A DNA stretch of 64,000 nt from Cognatiyoonia sp. (GTDB lineage: Bacteria > Pseudomonadota > Alphaproteobacteria > Rhodobacterales > Rhodobacteraceae): assembly GCA_042093895.1 (NCBI GenBank), contig JBELEI010000002.1:321022-385021 (forward strand). The letters are read 5' to 3'. The translations under genes were made by a program, and so were the position numbers. Within the stretch, counting starts at the first letter, position 1; each line of letters starts with the position of its first letter. The notes under the pieces were generated by a model. That model ran no database searches. It was given only the letters and a program-made list of their open reading frames with translations, and was not told the DNA's origin. Of the stretch, positions 59,925-64,000 are shown piece after piece.

Positions 59925-60904
59925 TAGGCTTCTTTCATTGGGTTGGCAGGGACGGAAGAGGTGCCGCCATGGGCGATCGCCCATTTTGCGTTGGTTTTGA
60001 TCCCGCCGAGCGGGAAGAAGTGAACGTTGGTGATATTGAAATCAGGGTTCGCGGCTTTGTGCGCAGCGAGTTCTGTCAGAACTTCGGTAGGCTCATAGGG
60101 CAACAACAACTTGGTGACATCCATCGCGCGCTTTTGAAGAACCTTTAAAGAGGGTCCAACGCCACAAGCAATAGCGAATTTGATCAAAGTCTGAAGCTTG
60201 GCCGGACCCGCGATACCGATGTGAACCGGAATATCGACGCCCGCCGCCTTGATCGCATCAGCCCATTCGATGATTGGACCAGCCTCAAAAGCGAACTGTG
60301 TCGCCAACGCCATCTGAGCGTCAGATGTTTCGCTGAACTTTTGCTTCCAGTGCAATGCGTCCATGACGTTTTTGTCTGTGCCATCCTTGTCGATGTCTTT
60401 GTTGCCCTCTGGATGGCCCGCAACGTGCAGATGCTTGAAACCTGCTTTTCCAAACAAGCCTGTTTCCAGAAGCTGCATCGAGCTGTGGAAATCGCCATGG
60501 GGTTTATCAACACCACCAGCAAGCAAAAGGGCCTGATCTACGCCAGCTTCGCCTTGGTAGCGCGCGATCCAATCGGCGAGGGTCGCCTCGTCCTTGATGA
60601 TCCGAGCAGGAAAGTGCGGCATAACATTGTAGCCATTGCCCGAGAGGCGTTTGGCTGTGGCAACCATGTCCTCAATCGGGGTGCCCTCGATGTGGGCGAT
60701 ATAAACCCGTGTGCCTGCAGGCAGCAACGCTGTAAAGTCTTCGACTTTCTCTGCAGTGCGCGGCATCACTTCGATCGAATAATCTTGAAGGAAGGCCTCA
60801 ATCTCAGGATTGATCGTCACATCCGCCTCAGCGGCTTTTTTCTTGAACGGGAGCAGGGACATCAAAGCCTCCTTAATGGTGTCGAAAGGCGTCGGTTGGG
60901 TCAT
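59924..60904 (-). CDS. methylenetetrahydrofolate reductase family protein
   Basis: 326 aa, MetF-like TIM-barrel sequence (YSIEVMP...HVAGHPEG...IGIAGP). Confidence 0.8.
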   Translation of the reverse strand: MTQPTPFDTIKEALMSLLPFKKKAAEADVTINPEIEAFLQDYSIEVMPRTAEKVEDFTALLPAGTRVYIAHIEGTPIEDMVATAKRLSGNGYNVMPHFPARIIKDEATLADWIARYQGEAGVDQALLLAGGVDKPHGDFHSSMQLLETGLFGKAGFKHLHVAGHPEGNKDIDKDGTDKNVMDALHWKQKFSETSDAQMALATQFAFEAGPIIEWADAIKAAGVDIPVHIGIAGPAKLQTLIKFAIACGVGPSLKVLQKRAMDVTKLLLPYEPTEVLTELAAHKAANPDFNITNVHFFPLGGIKTNAKWAIAHGGTSSVPANPMKEA

Positions 60905-61197
60905 GCCCAGCCGTCGTTGGCGATAAGTTCTTTGATCTTGTCTTGATCGTATTCTGCTTCGATGCGTGCCACTTCGGAGGCGGCTACATCGGCGTCTTCG
61001 CCATCGACAGTGAAGGGTTCGGCTTTGCGAAAGCCCTCTAGGTAGTCATCGCTCTCGGCTGCGCCAGACTTCATGGCAGCACGGTCAATTGCTTGCTCAA
61101 AGCGTTCAGGTAAGGGCAATTTGGTGCCACGACGGCCTTTGCCAACGATGACCTGTGCTGGCATATCGCGCCAATAAACGATTGTAACCTGAGCCAT
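60901..61197 (-). CDS. small 'virulence factor' (PF13769-like) domain protein
   Basis: 98 aa, MAQVTIVYWRDMPAQVIV... As far as I recall, this family commonly precedes metF-like genes in Rhodobacterales. Confidence 0.65.
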   Translation of the reverse strand: MAQVTIVYWRDMPAQVIVGKGRRGTKLPLPERFEQAIDRAAMKSGAAESDDYLEGFRKAEPFTVDGEDADVAASEVARIEAEYDQDKIKELIANDGWA

Positions 61198-61432
61198 TGA
61201 TTCTCTCCCGACGCAAACTGCTTGTTTTCACATTTCTAGCACTCGGAATTACACACCGACGCCTTTTTTCGACATGACGCGAAACATCCGCGACGAACAC
61301 TCTATCTCGCGAAACTATGCGACCTGACCAGCTTCGAAATTCTCATCATAACTGTGAGGCGCATTTCACAACACTTGCAACATTGGCTTTGCACGCATAG
61401 ATTCAAGGTAACTTGAAATGGAGGGCGTAGTT

Positions 61433-62545
61433 ATGACGCCCAAGCGTCCCACCGGTGCGGGCGCGTTCCCCAAAGCGGTTGAGACCCCCGCGCCAATACT
61501 ACCTGATCCAAAGACGCTTTATGCGGCCTTGGATTTGGGTACAAATAGTTGTCGCATGCTGATTGCCCAACCGAAAGGCAGTCAGTTTCATGTGATCGAC
61601 AGCTTTTCAAAAGCTGTTCAACTCGGCCATGGCCTTGAGGCCAGCGGCAAGCTGTCCCGTACCTCGATGAATCGCACGATTAGTGCGATGCGGATTTGCA
61701 AACAAAAATTGGAACGTCACGGCGTCGAACACATGCGTTTGGTGGCAACAGAAGCATGCCGACGTGCCCGCAATGGTCATTCGTTTGTGTCCCAGGTACG
61801 CAAAGAAACCGGTTTGAACCTAGAGATCATCCAGCCCGAGGAAGAGGCACGTTTAGCCGTTGTGTCATGTGCGCCGTTGGTGAGCACCAAGACAGAGCAG
61901 CTCTTGGTGGTCGACATAGGTGGTGGGTCGACGGAATTGGTTTGGGTTGATCTGACGAATGTACCGCCGCGCGAGAGACCACGCTCGATTATGCGGCTGC
62001 ATGCCGGTTTTAAATCTGACCCGGGGCCCTTTGCTGCTGCAAAAGTAGTGGATTGGATATCTGTGCCATTGGGCGTGGCCACTTTGCGTGACCATTTCGC
62101 GGACGTTGAAGATGACGCAGGGCGATTTGCGTTGATGAGTTGGTTCTTTGAAGAGAATTTATCTGAATTTTCGCCCTATGCGGCCGCACAGGCGAAAGAG
62201 AACTTTCAGATAGTCGGGACAAGTGGGACAGTCACCACGGTTGCTGCCTCTCATTTGGGACTAAAGCGGTATGACCGAACCAAGGTTGATGGGTTGCGGA
62301 TGACCTCAGATCAGATCGATGATGTGATCCATGGCTATCTGACGCTTGGACCCGCAGGTCGTCGCGCCGACCTTCGTATTGGCAAAGAAAGACAGGCGTT
62401 GATTATGTCTGGATCGGCTATATTGCAGGCTTTGATGCGTTTATGGCCCACGGACAGGCTTTCTGTCGCGGATCGCGGGCTGCGCGAGGGATTACTGTAT
62501 GCGCAGATGTCCGGAGACGGAGTGCTTGAAGATGCCCCGTATTAA
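61433..62545 (+). CDS. Ppx/GppA family phosphatase
   Basis: ALDLGTNSCRMLIA...VVDIGGGSTEL ASKHA motifs. The ATG at 61433 has a GGAGGG SD; the alternative ATG is at 61418. Confidence 0.85.
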   Translation: MTPKRPTGAGAFPKAVETPAPILPDPKTLYAALDLGTNSCRMLIAQPKGSQFHVIDSFSKAVQLGHGLEASGKLSRTSMNRTISAMRICKQKLERHGVEHMRLVATEACRRARNGHSFVSQVRKETGLNLEIIQPEEEARLAVVSCAPLVSTKTEQLLVVDIGGGSTELVWVDLTNVPPRERPRSIMRLHAGFKSDPGPFAAAKVVDWISVPLGVATLRDHFADVEDDAGRFALMSWFFEENLSEFSPYAAAQAKENFQIVGTSGTVTTVAASHLGLKRYDRTKVDGLRMTSDQIDDVIHGYLTLGPAGRRADLRIGKERQALIMSGSAILQALMRLWPTDRLSVADRGLREGLLYAQMSGDGVLEDAPY

Positions 62546-62583
62546 AGGCATAGCGGCCTTTCTGAGCGGCAAGTAGGCAAATC

Positions 62584-63300
62584 ATGGTCAAGAAACCCGG
62601 AAATAAAAATACGAGTGGCCGTGGTCAGCGTGATCTAACGGTCAAAGTGAAGTCTGCGCGTGGTCGCAAGATGAGCTCGACCCTTTGGCTACAACGGCAA
62701 TTGAATGATCCTTATGTGAAACGCGCGCAAAAAGACGGGTATCGTGGGCGTGCGGCCTACAAAATTCTAGAACTTGATGACAAATACCGTTTTCTTGTTC
62801 CAGGAGCTCGGATCGTGGATCTGGGGTGCGCGCCTGGTGGGTGGTGTCAGATCGCGGTTAAGCGTGTGAACGCCCTAGGGACCCGAGAAAGCAAAGCGCA
62901 GGGGCGTGTGCTGGGGATCGACCTACAAGAAGTTGATCCAATTCCAGGTGCCGAAATTCATGTGTTGGATTTTATGGAAGACGATGCAGACCTTAAGGTT
63001 AAAGAATGGCTAAACGGCAAGGCAGAGGTTGTTATGTCGGACATGGCTGCAAGCGCGTCAGGTCACAAGCAAACTGACCACCTCCGGATCATTGCCCTGT
63101 GTGAGGCTGCGGCCTATTTCGCGTTTGATGTTCTCGAAGAAGGTGGCACTTTTGTCGCCAAGGTTTTGGCCGGTGGCGCCGAGGGCGATTTGCAAAAACT
63201 GCTCAAGCAACGCTTCACCAAGGTCGCCAACGTCAAACCACCGTCATCGCGTTCGGATAGTTCTGAGAAATTTGTAGTCGCAACTGGATTTCGCGGTTAA
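62584..63300 (+). CDS. rlmE: 23S rRNA (uridine2552-2'-O)-methyltransferase
   Basis: 238 aa, [16 protein letters not shown]...[10 protein letters not shown]...VMSDMA, typical of FtsJ/RlmE. Confidence 0.9.
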   Translation: MVKKPGNKNTSGRGQRDLTVKVKSARGRKMSSTLWLQRQLNDPYVKRAQKDGYRGRAAYKILELDDKYRFLVPGARIVDLGCAPGGWCQIAVKRVNALGTRESKAQGRVLGIDLQEVDPIPGAEIHVLDFMEDDADLKVKEWLNGKAEVVMSDMAASASGHKQTDHLRIIALCEAAAYFAFDVLEEGGTFVAKVLAGGAEGDLQKLLKQRFTKVANVKPPSSRSDSSEKFVVATGFRG

Positions 63301-64000
63301 CGCGGCGCGTTCGGGAAAAATAGTTGTTCATTCTCGATTGAGTAATCGGAAATTGCTTCTTGACCTTCTTCGCCGAGCAGCCAGTTTGCCAGTTGATCTG
63401 CTTCTTCGAAATTTGCGTTTGGGCAATGTTCCGGTGATATGCGTACAAGTCCGTATTGGTTGAAAAGCGTGGCATCGCCTTCGAATAGGACTTGAAAATC
63501 ACCTTTATTCCCGAAGCGAAGCCAGGTCGCGCGATCGGTGAGCGCATAGGCATCCAACCCGCGCGCCGTGTTTAGCGTCGCGCCCATTCCAGCGCCGGTC
63601 TCTAGGTACCACGTCCCACTTGCACCCATTGGATTGATCTCGATCGAATCCCAAAGCCTAATCTCTGCTTTATGTGTTCCACTGTCATCCCCGCGCGACA
63701 TAAAACGCGCCTCGGTTTGCGAAATTCGCGCCAATGCTTCGCTGACGGACGTCGCATCGCTGATCCCGGCTTTGTCCGCAACTGGGCCAACAATAACGAA
63801 ATCATTGTACATTAAGTCAGTGCGATTTTGCCCATAGCCAGCTTCAACAAAGTCGGTTTCGGCTTCGGTGGCGTGTACAATCAACAAATCGCCATCGCAG
63901 TTTTGCGCGTTACGGAGTGCTTGCCCTGTACCAACAGCCACAACGTTTACGGATATGCCACTTGTGGCCGTAAATGCCGGCAAGATGGCATCGTATAGCC
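63297..64000 (-). CDS. periplasmic substrate-binding protein (tungstate/oxyanion TupA-like), N-terminus beyond window
   Basis: PBP-like sequence ([14 protein letters not shown]...[13 protein letters not shown]). The reading frame stays open to the window edge. Confidence 0.65.
   Translation of the reverse strand, partial: LYDAILPAFTATSGISVNVVAVGTGQALRNAQNCDGDLLIVHATEAETDFVEAGYGQNRTDLMYNDFVIVGPVADKAGISDATSVSEALARISQTEARFMSRGDDSGTHKAEIRLWDSIEINPMGASGTWYLETGAGMGATLNTARGLDAYALTDRATWLRFGNKGDFQVLFEGDATLFNQYGLVRISPEHCPNANFEEADQLANWLLGEEGQEAISDYSIENEQLFFPNAPR

Noticed and set aside
61198-61432. Possible SAM-II or SAM/SAH riboswitch, or a Met-rich leader, upstream of the PF13769/metF-like/pterin-methyltransferase operon.
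   Set aside because: Reading the minus strand, I found no convincing conserved SAM-II elements and only trivial short ORFs. I cannot support the call without a covariance-model search.

Overview
The window looks like a chromosomal core region of an alphaproteobacterium, probably Rhodobacterales/roseobacter-like. This is inferred from gene content: aglEFGAK, a Hint_2 protein, a non-Pyl MttB homolog, a tandem-CSD protein, Irr and a CckA-like kinase. GC content is roughly low-to-mid 50s percent by eye. I support about 58 protein genes and 2 tRNAs (Pro-TGG, Gly-CCC). I saw no rRNA, CRISPR array, transposase, integrase or prophage genes.

Gene content falls into these blocks:
- pdxH, a tandem cold-shock protein and DUF192
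- class II B12-dependent ribonucleotide reductase nrdJ with candidate NrdR boxes
- eno, a GNAT and a cupin
- irr and an EamA transporter
- tyrS and anmK
- a same-strand soxR / aminotransferase / PEP-mutase-family / MttB-family run
- cysS, cimA and an NDUFAF6-like gene
- a cobalamin block: cobA-cobB (plus an MFS transporter and an isochorismatase-family gene) divergent from cbiD-cobK
- zwf-pgl-pgi
- guaB and an rsmB-like gene
- a cckA-like kinase
- an alpha-glucoside locus: aglR-bgl-glk divergent from aglEFGAK
- a methyl-THF/corrinoid operon (PF13769, metF-like, pterin-binding methyltransferase), with an unlinked RamA/RACo-like corrinoid activase

Nothing resembles a defence island or mobile element. 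The most unusual signals are small-scale and regulatory:
1. A 14-codon ORF with 4 Cys codons lies directly upstream of cysS, with anti-SD-like repeats. It is a candidate cysteine-sensing leader.
2. A near-canonical SoxR operator is aimed at a small ORF that overlaps a VOC/glyoxalase gene by ATGA.
3. An orphan A24 prepilin-peptidase homolog lacks the second catalytic Asp.
4. Two unlinked corrinoid-pathway proteins share a Gly-rich/poly-Arg C-terminal tail.
5. An inverted pair of a short GC-hairpin repeat sits in the only sizeable non-coding gap.

All functional calls rest on my recognition of the translated ORFs and motifs. No database search was run.
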